Shown piece by piece: positions 35,240 to 49,940 of a stretch of DNA of 64,000 nt (the first letter of the stretch is position 1; each line of letters begins with the position of its first letter). Location of the stretch: assembly GCF_036588685.1 (NCBI RefSeq), contig NC_086373.1:62868001-62932000 (forward strand). The letters run 5' to 3'. The position numbers and the translations under genes are program-made. The DNA is from Mytilus trossulus (Eukaryota). Under the pieces are notes generated by a model. It made no database searches, was not told where the DNA came from, and saw only the letters and a program-made list of their open reading frames with translations.

Positions 35240-37290
35240 GAATTTGGACCCAAAACAAAACTGCATGCAGGTAAACTGAACTTTCCGAATTTTAATTTGA
35301 CAAACGCATTCCAATTATTAAGATGTTGCAAGATCGTGGTATATATTTTGATTAGCATGTGTATGTATATGAACATATTATATTCCTGTGTTGAAATTGA
35401 TATTAGACCCCCAAAATATTCAAAGGCTACATATGCGAAACATATACGTACGATGGCGTGAAAACTTTTCAATTTATCAGATATGAATTTGCAGAGTTGC
35501 TAAACACGTGTAAATAAGATAACATTAAACAACGCACACACGATCGTGACATTACTTCGATGAATTCATACTAAGAGACAAATGACAAATTGACTTAATC
35601 TTGACAAAAAATAGTTACAGACCCAAGTCTGTTGTAATTACTTTATACATCATGGAATGGAGCTGTATACTTCGCATACTTAATGTATCAATAGTGCCTA
35701 TAGTTATTAAATGATCGTAAGGTCACATCATAAACTCATCATAGATACCAGAATTAAACTTTTGTATTTAAGACAGACACGTATTTCATTTACGAAACAC
35801 TCACCAGTAACGCTCGAATCAAAATTTGCTAAAAAGGCCAAATAAGTACGAAGTTGAAGAGCAATAAAGGCTTAAAATTACTAGTAGTTAGCAAAGGTAC
35901 CAGGATTATGATTTAGTACGCCAGACGCGCGTTTCATCAACATAAGACTCATCAGTGACGCTCAACTCAAAATATTTATAAAACCAAACAAGTTCAAAGT
36001 TGAAGAGCATTGAGGATCCAAAATTCCAAAAAGTTGTGCCAAATACGGCTAAGTTAATCTATGCTTGGGATAAGAAAATTATTAGTTTTTCGAAAAAATC
36101 AAAGTTTTGTAAACAGGAAATTTATAAAAATGACCATATCAATTATAACTCGTGTCGACACAGAAGTGCTGACAACTATCATATTAGAGAATTGTAGGTG
36201 GGCGTACAGTTTAATTATGATTTTATAGATACTTTTAACCCAAAAATGTAGTAATCTCTTCCCTAGGGGGATTCGAATTCAAGCTGTTCAGACACATACG
36301 ACAACTGTACTGTGTCCAACGACTAAGACAGTGTTCTCGATCAACAGAGCCATACAAAAGATGTTGGGTTAATCTATGGATGAGACACACTACATGGTCC
36401 TTCGTTATTCGGGTAATGCCTTTCCTCGTCGACTTACAGGATACAGTGATATACAGTGGCATGGACGGGTACATTAGTGCAGTTAATTGCAATTAACACT
36501 GAGTACATTGTATATTCTTATTGCTCTGATTTTATGTCGAATATAATTACATCAGTGCATCTAATACGTAAACAAACCATGACGTAAACAGACTAATTCT
36601 TGTAAAAAAGTAAAATATCTCTACTAAATCATTTATGAATTTATGTATTTTTCTCACGTGAGGTGTGCATGTATATAGGTCATGCAATGAACTCCAGTCT
36701 GTTCTTAGAATAGAAAATTAGTAAATGTTATACGGTCGTCATACGAAAGAAGAACTTAGATAGAAGAAGAAAATGGTGTACAGTCGTCTGTATAGTTGAT
36801 CCATTTTATTGGCAATGCATACAGAACCCAAACCTTTGTTTTCTGTGGTATTTGATACCAAGAATTGGCCAGAAAAGTCATAGTAATTGAAGATAGAAAG
36901 CATAAGCGACAAACTATATCTGGAGTAAATATGAAGTACTTGTATCCCAAAGAAAAATAAACAGGTTACAACGTAAATAACTTTGGCAACACTTGAACCA
37001 GCCATGTGAATTCAATCAAAGACTTTGTATATAGAATCTTTCCAGACACTTTGGTGATATTGTTTGCGGACAAACATTGATGTCTTTTTGTGAATCTAAC
37101 AATTGAAATGTGATAAAGAAGGACATCATCTATAAAGACTAATTTAATTAGTTAACCACAGAACGATAAGCTGATGATTCCTGTGTGTTGAAATGCTCAT
37201 CCATCCTATATAAATATAATATATTATAGGTAAAATAAACATTTAATGACGGATCTTCATCAGAACACACTTACAATTACGTACATAATT

Positions 37291-38025
37291 GCATCTGGTG
37301 CAAGAAAATTGGTACCTTTTATTTTATTACTACCACTGGGTCGATGCCTCTGCTGGTGGACTATTAGTCCCCGAGGGTATCACCAGCCCAGTAGCCAGTA
37401 CTTCGGTACTGGCATGAAAATACGGATTTTTTGTGTTAAAATTTGCTGTTACAAAATATTAGAAATTATTTTAAATTAAGGAATGTATCTCCCTCATGCA
37501 AAGCTCTGATTCCTTTCACTGATTTGGCTATACTTTTTGGACCTTTTGGATTAAAGCTCTTCATCTTTTATATAAGCTTTGGATTTCAAATATTTTGGCC
37601 ACGAGCATCACTGAAGAGACATGTATTGTCGAAATGCGCATCTGGTGCAAGAAAATTGGTACCGTTAATTTTATTACTACCACTGGGTCGATGCCTCTGC
37701 TGGTGGACTATTAGTCCCCGAGGGTATCACCAGCCCAGTAGCCAGTACTTCGGTACTGGCATGAACATATGGATTTTTTGTGTTAAAATTTGCTGTTACA
37801 AAATATTAGAAATTATTTTAAATTAAGGAATGTATCTCCCTCATGCAAAGCTCTGATTCCTTTCACTGATTTGGCTATACTTTTTGGACCTTTTGGATTA
37901 AAGCTCTTCATCTTTTATATAAGCTTTGGATTTCAAATATTTTGGCCACGAGCATCACTGAAGAGACATGTATTGTCGAAATGCGCATCTGGTGCAAGAA
38001 AATTGGTACCGTTAATTTTATTACT
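37291..38025. repeat. Head-to-tail 347-bp duplication of an interspersed repeat
   Basis: GCATCTGGTGCAAGAAAATTGGTACC recurs at 37291, 37638 and 37985, and the units are nearly identical. It is related, in reverse orientation, to the repeat at ~30110-30390. Confidence 0.85.
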
Positions 38026-39259
38026 CGTTTTTCGTCCCTTTTCTTGAAATGATAGTCAGACAGAGTTGCAGTCGTTGGTACTACGATACATGTATAATCA
38101 ATATGTCTGTGAGTTACTTTCGTTTGAATTGTCACACGTTTACATTTGTGATTTCGGTGTCTTTTATAGTGGACTATGTGTTGTGGGCTTCATTGTAAGT
38201 GAAGGCCGTACGGCGGTGACCTATACGTGTGCATAGGGGGCTCACGGGTCTAAATCATTTATTTTATTTATTTAATATAGGATTTCTCTATATTTTTCTA
38301 TAACTGAACTTTATCTTATACTTAATAGAAAAATGAAATAAAAAAAATAGGGTCACCGTTCATTTACACTCAAACTCTGCCTCCGAAAGAAGCATACATT
38401 CTTGTAAATGTCTTTTTTTCTCTGTTGAACAAATAGAAGAAATACTGAGCGGTAATATCGAAATAAAAAAATAACTGACATAACTGAATATTACAGAAAT
38501 CGCGTAAATTTTACAATTATTTAGGTTATGTACTTATTCGAAAACAACAATAAACAATATAGGTCACCAATGAGTTAAAAAGATATTTCAATGTTAATGC
38601 CAAAAAATGCATTTTTGCACCAAAGGGAGATAATTTGGAGCTTTTTCAATGATATCTACATTTCAAAAGTCACCTGGGTTTAACACGAATTAAATTTTTG
38701 GAATAATTTTTGTACCATATGATAAAGATCGATAAAGTTACAACTAATTAAGGTAATACATAAAATTTGTAATGAAAAAATAATGTTTATTTTTTTCCCT
38801 GAAAATCTTATACCACCCGCGAGCCTTCTATGTTATCCATGTGTTAATTTAATCAGGTAATTGGCAGGAAATTATGCTTATTAAAATAAGGACGTATATG
38901 ACTAACATTTACGTCCTTGATTAAAATTTGATGTGAATATCCTAAAACAGTGCACTTTACTTGTTTCCGATTTCTACGGTTACTAGTACTGCTTTTGGCA
39001 TATTAACAAATATGCAAGCCACTAGCAACAGACACATAATTATTATAAAGGAATGATGTAAACAAAGCCATGTGACACAGTCACATGTATTTGTTGATAT
39101 ATATTTTTAAACCAATCAAAATTATTCTAATTTTACGAACACCAATCAAACAGAGTTATAATCTTCAGTGCCGAAACATTTTTTCTACTTCCTGCAAAAT
39201 ATAAACAATTACGCACAAACCAAAACAAAGGAAAGTGAAAAGTGAAAAATTGTTAAAAC

Positions 39260-42200
39260 ATGCCGTTTCTAGGACAAGACTGGCGATCACCAGGGGATCA
39301 GTGGGTGAGAACAAAAGAAGGATGGGAAAGACTTAAGTTATGGAGGATAAAAGTGTTTGAAAATTTAAACGAAAGCATCCTTGCAAGGTAAGTAGCTATA
39401 AATATCGATCAGCTGATTTTCTTGTAATATTTCCGCACGTTTAATTTTAGTACATCTTAGTCATGACATTAGATTTACGTGTCAAAACAATATCACGATA
39501 CCGTTAAAAAATCATCGCAGTTGTAAATAATGTAAAAAAATATATGCAATATTGCATTTCAAAAAATAGTTATGCTAATTTATTCCAAAGATTGACAATA
39601 TTAATCGAAAATAGTTTATAAAGACTCAAGGAATAACCCAATTTCTTTTCTTAAAAGTATGCCATACTTAAGAGTGGTCTAATAAAACAAAGACTCCAAT
39701 TTTTTATTTTGTCTAATAATTTTTTATATAAAATATTTTCGGCCTATGGAATGCAACAAACAGGCTGTACGGCTACTTGGCTATATCTCCATGGTTTCCA
39801 CGGCGGATACACAAATAATATTTATGGAATAGTTGCGAAACAAAAGAAAGGAATATGCAATCTGATTCCCCTCATCCTAGAATAAGTGGTTTGCCCTGAA
39901 AAAAAATCTGCTCTTGTTTCAGGCAAATCTAGTTCAGTAAGCCCGGAAAACTTAAGGGAAACATTATATATATAAGTCTAAAGATTAGTACAATGGATAT
40001 ATAAAGATATATAAATTGTCTAACAATGTTATTTTAACATCTTATTACATCGAGCATTTTTTTAACACACTAGTATGTTCATTTAAAAATGATAAAAAAA
40101 TTATAATTGCTCCATAACTATTACATAAAGATTAATATTAAGATTTCATGGATTTTTATGGTCCTCGATTCACGTTTCAAAGTACTCCAAAACCGGCTGT
40201 AGCTCTTGATATCAGTCGAAAATCACGGTTGTTTGATAACAAATTTGTTGTTTTCCATTTTCGAACGTGCAATGTTCACCAGAAGTTAGACATCAACAAA
40301 CGAAAACCATGCACTGAATTACAGCCTCCTGGCTTGGGACAGGCACTTACATGTACATACAGAATGTGGCGAGGTTTTACATGTTAGCGGAATCCCAACC
40401 CTCCCCTAACCTGGGACAGTGGTATAACAGTACAACATAAGAACGAACTATAGAAACCTGTTGAAAAAGCCTTAACTCATCAGATGAGTACAAATAACAT
40501 ATATCTAACAATACACAGTACATGCAATTAAACGAGCACAGTTCACCAAAATTGAATGACTCCGAAGATAAGGCGAAGAATAAAAGGTTATTGACATCTA
40601 GCCACATATATCATTTGTGCTTAAATAGTTTCCATAAAAGTATGCTTCATATAGATTTGATTAAATATTTGAAATAAGACCGGCTAAATAGCAAAACTCT
40701 ATGTAAAATGCCGGCAAAATAGCGCCAAGGAGGCTGTTATGCCGGAGCCGGCAACATAGCCACTGCCTATTCTTTATCTTTCTTGTCTTTTCTCTTTTTC
40801 TCGTCTTTTTCATTTATTATTTTAAAACATAATCAAAATGATGTGTCTTATAGCGGCGACTGAGATGTCTTGTGAATGGACAAAAATTGTTGGTCAGTTT
40901 GTACCATGATCGATGGTTATTTAGCCGAATATAATTTGTCAATTGTTCCTCTCACGTACGTACAGAATGAAACAGGTGATATTTAAATTGAGGTTTTCGT
41001 TCAAGTTACAGTTGTAATTTACATATAGGTAGTTTTGTATACAGATTTGTATTGACCCTTGAATTTCCTGAATTGTTATGAAAGTGCATGTATCTCGACA
41101 AACTTTGTTTTCCTGTTTGCTTGTGAAAAGGTGTTATTGCTTTCTTTATTTTAGAAACTTACAATCTTTTTTTTGTCTTCTAGTCCTTCGATATCTCCCC
41201 TCAATAAAGATGATAAATTTGTCCTCTCTATGGGATAATTTAGGTATATAAAGTGACTGCTCTCAAAACTGTGTAAGCAGGGGCGGATCCAGCCATTTAA
41301 AAAAAGGTGGATCCTAACCTAGGACAAAATAAGGGGGGTGGGGTGGGGTTCCAACTACATGTCTCTATTCTAATACATTGATCGTCAAAAAAAGGGGGAT
41401 CCAACTCCTGGAGAAGACTTTATGTTTCAAAACCCTACTTACCTGCTCGGCTGCAAATGCATGGCAAGATGTATATATTTATGAGATCCATTATACGACT
41501 GTCACCGGAAAGATGTATATAGTTAAGAGATTCAATTTGCTGTTGTGTTTCTGAAACCCTCTTCCGATATGACATATAATAATACTGGAATTCAAAAAAA
41601 GAAGAAAAAATGTTTATATATCAGTCAGACTACTTGATAAGGACCACAAGCACACTTGTCTAAGCCCCCTATATACCTTAATATGAGTTATATAGGTGTT
41701 TTTTTTTTAACTTAAACCATCTTGTCTTTTACAGGTTAATCCGATTGGCTGTATTAAATTTTGAAGGCGAGAATGGCAATGACCAGTACACGCACCAACC
41801 AAGGATTCATTTCATCAAAACTTTGTCAAGAGAGGTAAGAATAACCAAGACTGTCTTGGAGAGGTAATTATACATGTAAGTACATTCGATCACACGCGAA
41901 AACGGAATCGGATATTGTAAAAGTAAAGAAAAGAATTTTGACTATTTTTAAATTGATCATCCATGGTAATATCGTTAGTTCTCTTTAACGCGAAAACGGA
42001 ATCGGAAATCGTTAAAGTAAGAGAAAAGAATTTGGACTATTTAATGATCATCCATGGTAATATCGTTAGTTCTCTTTAACGCGAAAACGGAATCGGAAAT
42101 CGTAAAAGTAAGAGAAAAGAATTTTGACTATTTTTTAAAATGACCATCCATGGTAATATCGTTAATTCTCTTTAACGCGAAAACGGAATCGGAAATCGTA

Positions 42201-45200
42201 AAAGTAAGAGAAAAGAATTTGACTATTTAGTGATCTATGGTAAAATCGTTTGTTCTCTTTCAGCGTAAAGTCGTGACGACATTGAGCGAATCTTTCATCC
42301 TTCTAGATATGACAGGTGCTGTGAAAGATATCAGAAGGTTTAATTATGTCAAAAAGGTAAGAAACATCAGAGGCAATCTCGTTATAGGAACAAAAATTGT
42401 GTACCAGTTAGCCAATATTCAGACTTTTCTCCGCATTTTGAGAATATAGATGCTGTACGCGACGTTGTCGACTCTCTAAGTTTGATTGATTGATAAGTGT
42501 TCCGGGATTGACTTAGTTGGACCTAATCTTAAGTATAGCATAATGTTACCATAATGACTGTGACCACCGTGGCTACATGTAAATGAAAAAAAGTAAACAG
42601 TCAAGTTAACTTTACTTCAACAGGTAAATTAAGTGAAATAAAGAACCGTATCAGAGTTGATAAGCACCGAAAAAGGGTTATCATAGTGATAATTGTGTGT
42701 GGCACAAAAATAGTAAAATAATAAAAATAAATAAATCAGTGAATGTTTTTTTTTATTCAAATCGAGTACCCAAGCGCCTATATGTATGAAGAAATCATGT
42801 ATACTATATAACTATAAGTTCAGTATTTTTTTTTTTTATAGATACTTCATTTATTGTTGAGTCAAAGTTTAGTGAACATGTCAGGAACTTCACAGAAATA
42901 TATCTTTAGTATATTAGACGAAATGGTAAATCAAGGTAAAGATTATGTTATATGATAAGGGACATTCTTAATCTTTCGCGATTTAGGAAAAAACATAATT
43001 TGGGGACTGTACACAGTAACGCTTGGATAATCATTATTTTAAATTTATACAGAGGAAATTTTCAACTTTTCTTAACTCATTTTTTTTTTTTATTTTTTTT
43101 TTTTTAAACTTTTTACTTTTCTTTCATTTTGATTAATTTTAAATTTTTTTTGATATTTTTTATGTGGGTTGTACATTCTTTTATATTATTCTATTTAACC
43201 GACAATCAATGTTTTATTTTTAAACGCCACTGCTCAGAAATTGTATTTATGTGATTGTATATTTTGCTTTTACCTTATGTATCTTATTTTTTTGTTTATT
43301 CATGTTAAGCGCTTAGGGTATTTTTTTCAAATTATATAATGCGCTATATAAATATTGTATAATAATAATAATAATAAATTGGTTTATGGCATTTGACTCG
43401 GAGGTAGTATCATCTGACTGTGATCATGACCTTCACTTTTGACCTCAAGTTCAACATATTAATTGATTTTATTCAACATTTTAAAACTGAAACAACTTTT
43501 TTATCCTATGAAATCAGCTTTGATGTTTGACACAATGGAAGTGTTGCATGTCATAATGGAATATGACCTTTGGTCTTCAAGGTTGAATAATTGATTTTTA
43601 ACCGGATTTTGAAAGAAAAATTGGTTATTGCTTTGGGGATGCACAGCAGGAAATCAGGCTGGCTGTTGCAAAACCATGTCAGTTAATTTAAGATATGTTG
43701 TTCTCTACATGACAAAATAAAGGTCAAGTTCAAATTTCACCACTTTAGCTTTTCTCGTAGTGATTATAGACCCTCACAGTAGCCAAAAATGATACTTATT
43801 ATGTGATTGAGTTATTTCCCTTTGAACAGAAATAAATAAGTTTATGTTTAGATAGTTTATCAATGATTGTATCAGATCAATTGATTAGGCAAAAACTTTC
43901 TATAATGGGTGTAATTGTCCTTTTATTTACTTAAATGACTTTTATAGATGAATATGATTTTAGTCAACTAAACCAGTTCACCTAGCTCATATCTAAATTG
44001 TTTTCAAATCATTATAAAAAAATGTTCTTAATTACAACTACACCTAGACAAGAATGAGTCTAATGCAGTGCATTTTCTGACCAAATATTTACTTGTAATT
44101 TTTAGTTGTAAAGACTAAGAACAACATGAAAGCCATGACAGATTTACTTGATTGTGCCACAAATTCTTTAAATGACGGTAGATATAGCCATATTGGATGT
44201 ACGACCTTGTGGAACAAACATTTCCAAGCAGTTCAAAAAATGAAAAACAAATTGAATGGTTGCAAAACTTTCACGGTAAGGATGCAAGAAGGACATATAG
44301 TAGTCGCAGGAATTAATCTATTATTAGGATAAACACATCATTATTATTATTGCATTGAAGTCACATGGGTGGATTCAACTACTTTTGAAAAAAAGGGGGA
44401 TTATTAGGTCCTGGATTTTTTTTTATTGAAAATATTGGGATGAATTCTATTCTTATTTATACTAATTCTGCTTAATATTTCAGTAATATTCTAAAGACCT
44501 CCCCTTTTTTTCATCACAATATAATGGCCAATACAAAAAGGACATCTCATTCATTGGCACATTGGCACTCACACCACATCTTCCTATATCTATCATTTAC
44601 ATTTACTGAAGAACTATTCTAGGGCACTTTTTCACTTTTTACTAGATAATTTTTGTAAAACCATAAGCACTAATGGATCGTCATATATATGCCATTATTG
44701 ATTGATGATTTGATGCAGTCACATTTATATTTTTACATTGCTTATCTTATAGAGAAAGGAAGATGGTAAACCTACAATATCTGATTTACCAGAAGATTGT
44801 ATAAGATGTATCTTGGAAAGACTGGCCGACCATAAAGATGTAGTCCACACTGGCATGACAAAGTCCAGTATCTTTCATATCACAGAATCACAGCTCATAT
44901 GGAAACACATGAGTTTCTTCCATTTCACGGACAGACAGTTACTTACCTTTGTACCAGACCAACTTGGTGTGGACGAAGACTTTATTAACTGGAAACATAT
45001 CTACAGAAAATGCTTCTTGTAGGTTTTTTAAGCAGAAAGGGAAAAGGGTGGGAAGGGATAGATTAATATGAGGAGAAAAAATATCAATAAGACTACATAT
45101 TATAGTGTTGGGTATTGAAGAGATATATTTTTGGGTGAAATGTCTCGCAAAATATCATTGCATCTTAAGACAAGTTGTGAATCAATTAAACAGAGAAGAT

Positions 45201-46117
45201 CAAATATCTAAAACCAGTGCTAAATTTTCAATAGACACAAAACAAAAACGTATAGAAACAACCACTTACGAAAAAACTACATGTAGTATTTAAAAGGCAA
45301 AAAAAAAAAAACCCTGACAAAAGACCTAAAAATAAAAGATGCTTGCTTTAACACAGTCAACATCAACAGTATACTAAAAACAGTATCAATCTATTCAGAT
45401 TAAATAGTAAATGCATCAAAAGACATTTCCGTTTTCAACACATTATCAACAGATCATTTTAAACTATTGAAGCATTCAAATGTATGTAATGAAGCTGAGA
45501 CTATCATGTGTTCATTAACAATTATAACAAACAAGTTAAACATACAAAACATTCAGAAATATTTTTGTGTTGATGTATAAAAGTAGGTTACATATATCTC
45601 TTTGTTATCAGTTCAATAATGTTGGCAAATTACGTTGCAATTTATTAAAAAAAATTTAAACTTGTATAGGAGATATGGAAGAAAAGAAATCTATGCAGAT
45701 ACATTGGCAATATGTTTACATTGTGACAACATCTTTTGGAAGGTAAAATATACATGTTGAAATGATACATTTATTGACCTAGCCTATGCTAGTTTAAAAT
45801 ATCATATTCATATTCTTACAATGTTTTCACAAAGAAATAGAATTTGATTAAGATTTTTGATAAAAACATGATATCCATTGGGGAGATAACTTGTGGTATA
45901 AAACATAGAAAATTGACTAAATAAAATCAGAAAATCTCTGCCAATGAATTTTTAAATTAAGTTCTGCAATGTTAAAAAATGTTTGATTGTTCTACTACAT
46001 CATTTATATTTTGTATTGTTTTTATTTTAGTCAATTGGTCATCCCTGTATCAGTGAACAAGAGCCAGCTGCCAGAATCCTTCAGCCAGAAGCTTTTCTGA
46101 AACTGTTCCATTTCTGA
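39260..46117 (+). CDS. FBXO32: F-box only protein 32/25-like (atrogin-1/MAFbx family), 336 aa
   Basis: Exons 39260-39387, 41735-41834, 42264-42356, 42842-42935, 44106-44275, 44753-45018, 45670-45742 and 46031-46117 are all in phase. Diagnostic motifs are the N-terminus [24 protein letters not shown], the F-box [18 protein letters not shown], and the C-terminal [14 protein letters not shown]. The FBXO32 versus FBXO25 assignment is not resolved. Confidence 0.93.
41895..42263 (+). repeat. ~92-bp tandem repeat x4 in FBXO32 intron 2
   Basis: CGCGAAAACGGAATCGGA starts at 41895, 41989, 42080 and 42176. Confidence 0.9.
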
Positions 46118-47391
46118 ATCTCCATGGTAACTACAGATCTCAGCGCAAGGATAATCATACAATCAGATCTGAAATCGTAAACAATGCAATAAACATTTAT
46201 TGGAATACAAGTGTTCATTAAGAAAATGCAATAAATAAGTGATACTTAAATGGCTGGAAAAGTCCAAGCAACTAAAATTGCCAGAACATGACAATTTGTT
46301 ATTTTAGAATCTTAAGGTCATATTTTCAAGGGCATCAAAATATTGTTGCGATTGGTTATAATTAACCAATGAACATTCAGCAAATGCAATGGCATATTGT
46401 TTTTTTCATTTTTGCTTAACAAAAACAAGATACAAATGGCAAGTCTGATTTTGAAATCCAATTGGAAATATGTTATCTTTTCTTGTTTGTGTGTTGTTTA
46501 TGTTGTTTGTTTAATGTACTATTTTTTTGGTCCAATACTGTTATACATTGTTTGGATTGGACCAGTTGTATATATTAGGTAAAAATATTTTTCTATAATA
46601 GATGTGATGAATGCTTGCCTATTTTCTCAACATTAATCTGTGATATACCACTTTTACATATTAATTACTGTTGTCATGGTGATATTCTGCCATTTTACCA
46701 CAAATTATTGTTGTCTGGGTATATTGTTAATCATCTAGTCTAAACTGGCTAGTTAGATAGTCTTTCATTATTGTCCCATTTAAAATTCTGATTAGTTTGT
46801 AGTACATGTGCTAATATTTTTGCAATTTCTGTTTATTTTTCCTTTAACTATTTTAAGTTCAACAATTATAACAAATTGTGTTTAAATGCAAACTTGCCAC
46901 AAACTGTTACATGTTTTAATAGTATAGCAAACTTTTGTTTAATAATAATAATAATAAATTCTTTATTTAACAAAGGTAACTCATTTAACATACAATTGTT
47001 AATCTCACACAAGGCCTTCACACATTTAAATGAATAATTCATATAACAACGCATATGGAACAATAACAAATAAATATGTACACAATTACAAAATATTTAT
47101 TAAGTCTTGCATTAAATTATTTCCTGTTTTAACATTATAGATCTTTGTTTCATGTTCTGTCAAAATTTAATATTACAGAGTTGCATAACATTTCAAGTTC
47201 AAAATGTATAACATAAAACTTTTAACAAACTCATTGGATATTTATTTACTTTAAACAGATCTGGATTTGCTTATATTAAATCCTAACTAGAGGCAAACAT
47301 ATGGTTTCACGAATAGTGAAATATGTCATGCGGCTGCCAACAATTTCCGTGCAAAACAAAAGTAGTGTAAACAATGCTTTTAAAATATTCT

Positions 47392-47568
47392 TGAGGGGGA
47401 TAGGAGGGTCCTGATTCCAAAATCCCGGGCTTAAAAAACAAAATTCCGAAATCCCGAGGTCCTGAAATGCGAATAAAGAATTCCCAGATCCGGAAAGGGT
47501 CAATCCCGAAATCCTGAGCTTAAAAATCCCCGATCCTGGAGTCCCGATAAAGGTCCTATCCCCCCTCA
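47392..47568. mobile_element. Short MITE with a 4-bp TSD
   Basis: Termini TGAGGGGGATAGGA / TCCTATCCCCCCTCA, with TTCT on both flanks and internal AATCCCG repeats. Confidence 0.7.
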
Positions 47569-49940
47569 TTCTTACAGTGACTAGAGTAGTTCATTTGAAT
47601 CTCAGAAGACATCATAAATTGTGCTGATTATAAAGAAAATTTAGTGCTTTGTCCTGTTACATTCAGGGAAGTTTTATTAGTGCATTTACTTTCATTTGTT
47701 ATATATTCTGGAGTTTGAAATTTTTTATTGACCATGTCAATTTTTATATAAAAACATGAATATATGTTTTTAAATATATTCGTTCAAGTTGAAGTTTTGT
47801 CTTTCATGTTGTTGGTATGAACTGATACCAATCTATATCTATATCATTGTTACATATTATTTTACAAGTTTGTTTTTTTTACTTGTCTCAAGCATTTATT
47901 GTTGTTAAAATTTATAAATCAGAAAGTTTTTGTGTCTCTTTTTTGATGTTGTTATGTTGCCCATGCATTTGAGTAAACATATAAATTCTATTTAATGCAA
48001 TATAGCTTTTTGCCTATTTGATAAACATGTATACAAATTAATACAAGATCATCAATCAAGTTTGTATATTGTTCATAATTGGGTATAAAAGTAGGTCAGC
48101 TGGAGCAAAGGTCACATTTTGCAATTAGTGCATGTATATGTTCAATTTCTGACTGTATCAGTCTTTATTGTTATATTTTTACTAGCATAGCAAAAATATG
48201 ACTGAGGCCATGCAAAAATTGTTGATGGTTTCCCCTTATCCTTCTGGGTCAGTTTTTACCCTCCACCCTTTTGCTCAGTCCTCTTTTTTTTGGCAGATGA
48301 AAAAAAAATGTTCCTTCGGTTCCGTTTGACAGTTTTCAATGATGCTTTTTAAAATGATAATCTCTTAAATTTGTGTCATAATTGCTCAATTATCATCCCT
48401 TCAGCTTACACAGTTTATACCACATAATAGTATGTCTGACAAGAATTTATTATCTGAAAGTTAACAACAACATTCACTGACTCTGTATAGTGAAACTGAT
48501 TTTTCACACAAGAAAAAAAAATCTTGTCTGCCTGGCCTTAATAATTTTCACATATTAGGGAAAACTAACATTCATTTTTCTTTGGCCTGATCATGCGTGA
48601 ATCTCACAGACCTGAACAAAAATAAAAAGTTTCAAGTGAGGGCAAAACTGTGTGTAGACTGCAGTTTGTATGTGATATTATTGTTGTTCATTATGTTATT
48701 CTTGTTCATTTTAAGAAAATATTAAAATTTATGAAGGATGTTTTTGTGTTTTTAATGCCATATAATCATTAAAATGAACATTTTGCTGTCCTGTATACAA
48801 AAATGTGTATTCAATTCTTCATTGACACACATTTTCATGGATTTAGAGATTAAGTATTTTTGTAGATACTTGATTTCACTGTTTTTTGCTTTTACAAACA
48901 ATCCTGATACATGTGTACTTAGCTCAAAAATAAAATTTGAGGTTTACTTATACCATTGCAATACACAAAAATTTGGACCAATAATTTTATATAATAATGA
49001 ATTTACTGTATATCATTCAGGTTACTGTGGATTCCTTTATTTTCGTGGGTACCAATTTTCGTGGATAAGGGAACACTTGCATGTTTGTCGATATTTAATT
49101 TTTGTGGTTTCGATACAGTCTACATACAAGCCTATTGTTTGTGGTACATTTGATTTCGTGGTTCATGTGACCTGTAACCACGAAATCCACGAAAATTGGT
49201 ATCCAACGAAAATTAATGAATCGACAGTATTATGATGAGGAACACAAACTACGGTGAATCATAAAAATGTCATAAACATGCATCAACAAGATAATTGATT
49301 GGTGTTTAATGCCACTTTCATCACTTATGTTCCACTTCTTGGAATTCAGTTTGTATTGATGAGAGGCTTGAGAGAACCATGACCTTTATAAGGGAAACTG
49401 ACAATCAATTAAGATAAGAATCTGGCACACCTGCCACACAGAAGATACAAACTGACAACCTCAGTGTTGACCAGCTAGTGTCTGTGATACAGTAGTTTGA
49501 ATACCTAGACCAATATAACACCAAGAACCCTTTCAAAAGATAAAATCTGAGCTTTTGCTCACTAGTGATGCCCACTTATGTGATAGTTATTATATAAATA
49601 TAATATGAAAAGATACTTGTAAAACATTTAGCATTCACTATAATTATAACTTTCAAGTGTAAATATTAATATACTATACATTTAATACAATCTCAACTCA
49701 TAAATGCATAGTTGTAATAAGTTAAAGAGACACACAGAAGTCACTAATCAATAACAAAATTTACAAAATTTCATTTGAAAAGTTAAGAATATAGAGTTAT
49801 CTTCCATTAGTTATAAATTTGCTAGTAGTTCAAACATCTCAACTTTTGGGATCATATTTAGAGGTATCTCTCCTTAACTATTAAATTGCTAACACAATGT
49901 AATGGTGCAACATCTCAACAAAACTGAAATTTGCATGCTC

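Larger units (their letters stand above)
27836..36857. repeat. Tandem triplication of a ~3.2 kb segment (units 27836-31083, 31084-33659, 33660-36857)
   Basis: Each unit starts GCAAGTAATATGGCAGTTG and ends TGTGGTATTTGATA, and the interiors are collinear. Unit 2 carries a ~630-bp deletion at 31185/31186. Confidence 0.92.

Noticed and set aside
36235-37140. Coding-looking, more GC-balanced sequence (partly repeated in all three units)
   Set aside because: All frames are short or interrupted and I recognised no motif. It could be a decayed gene fragment and needs tblastx.
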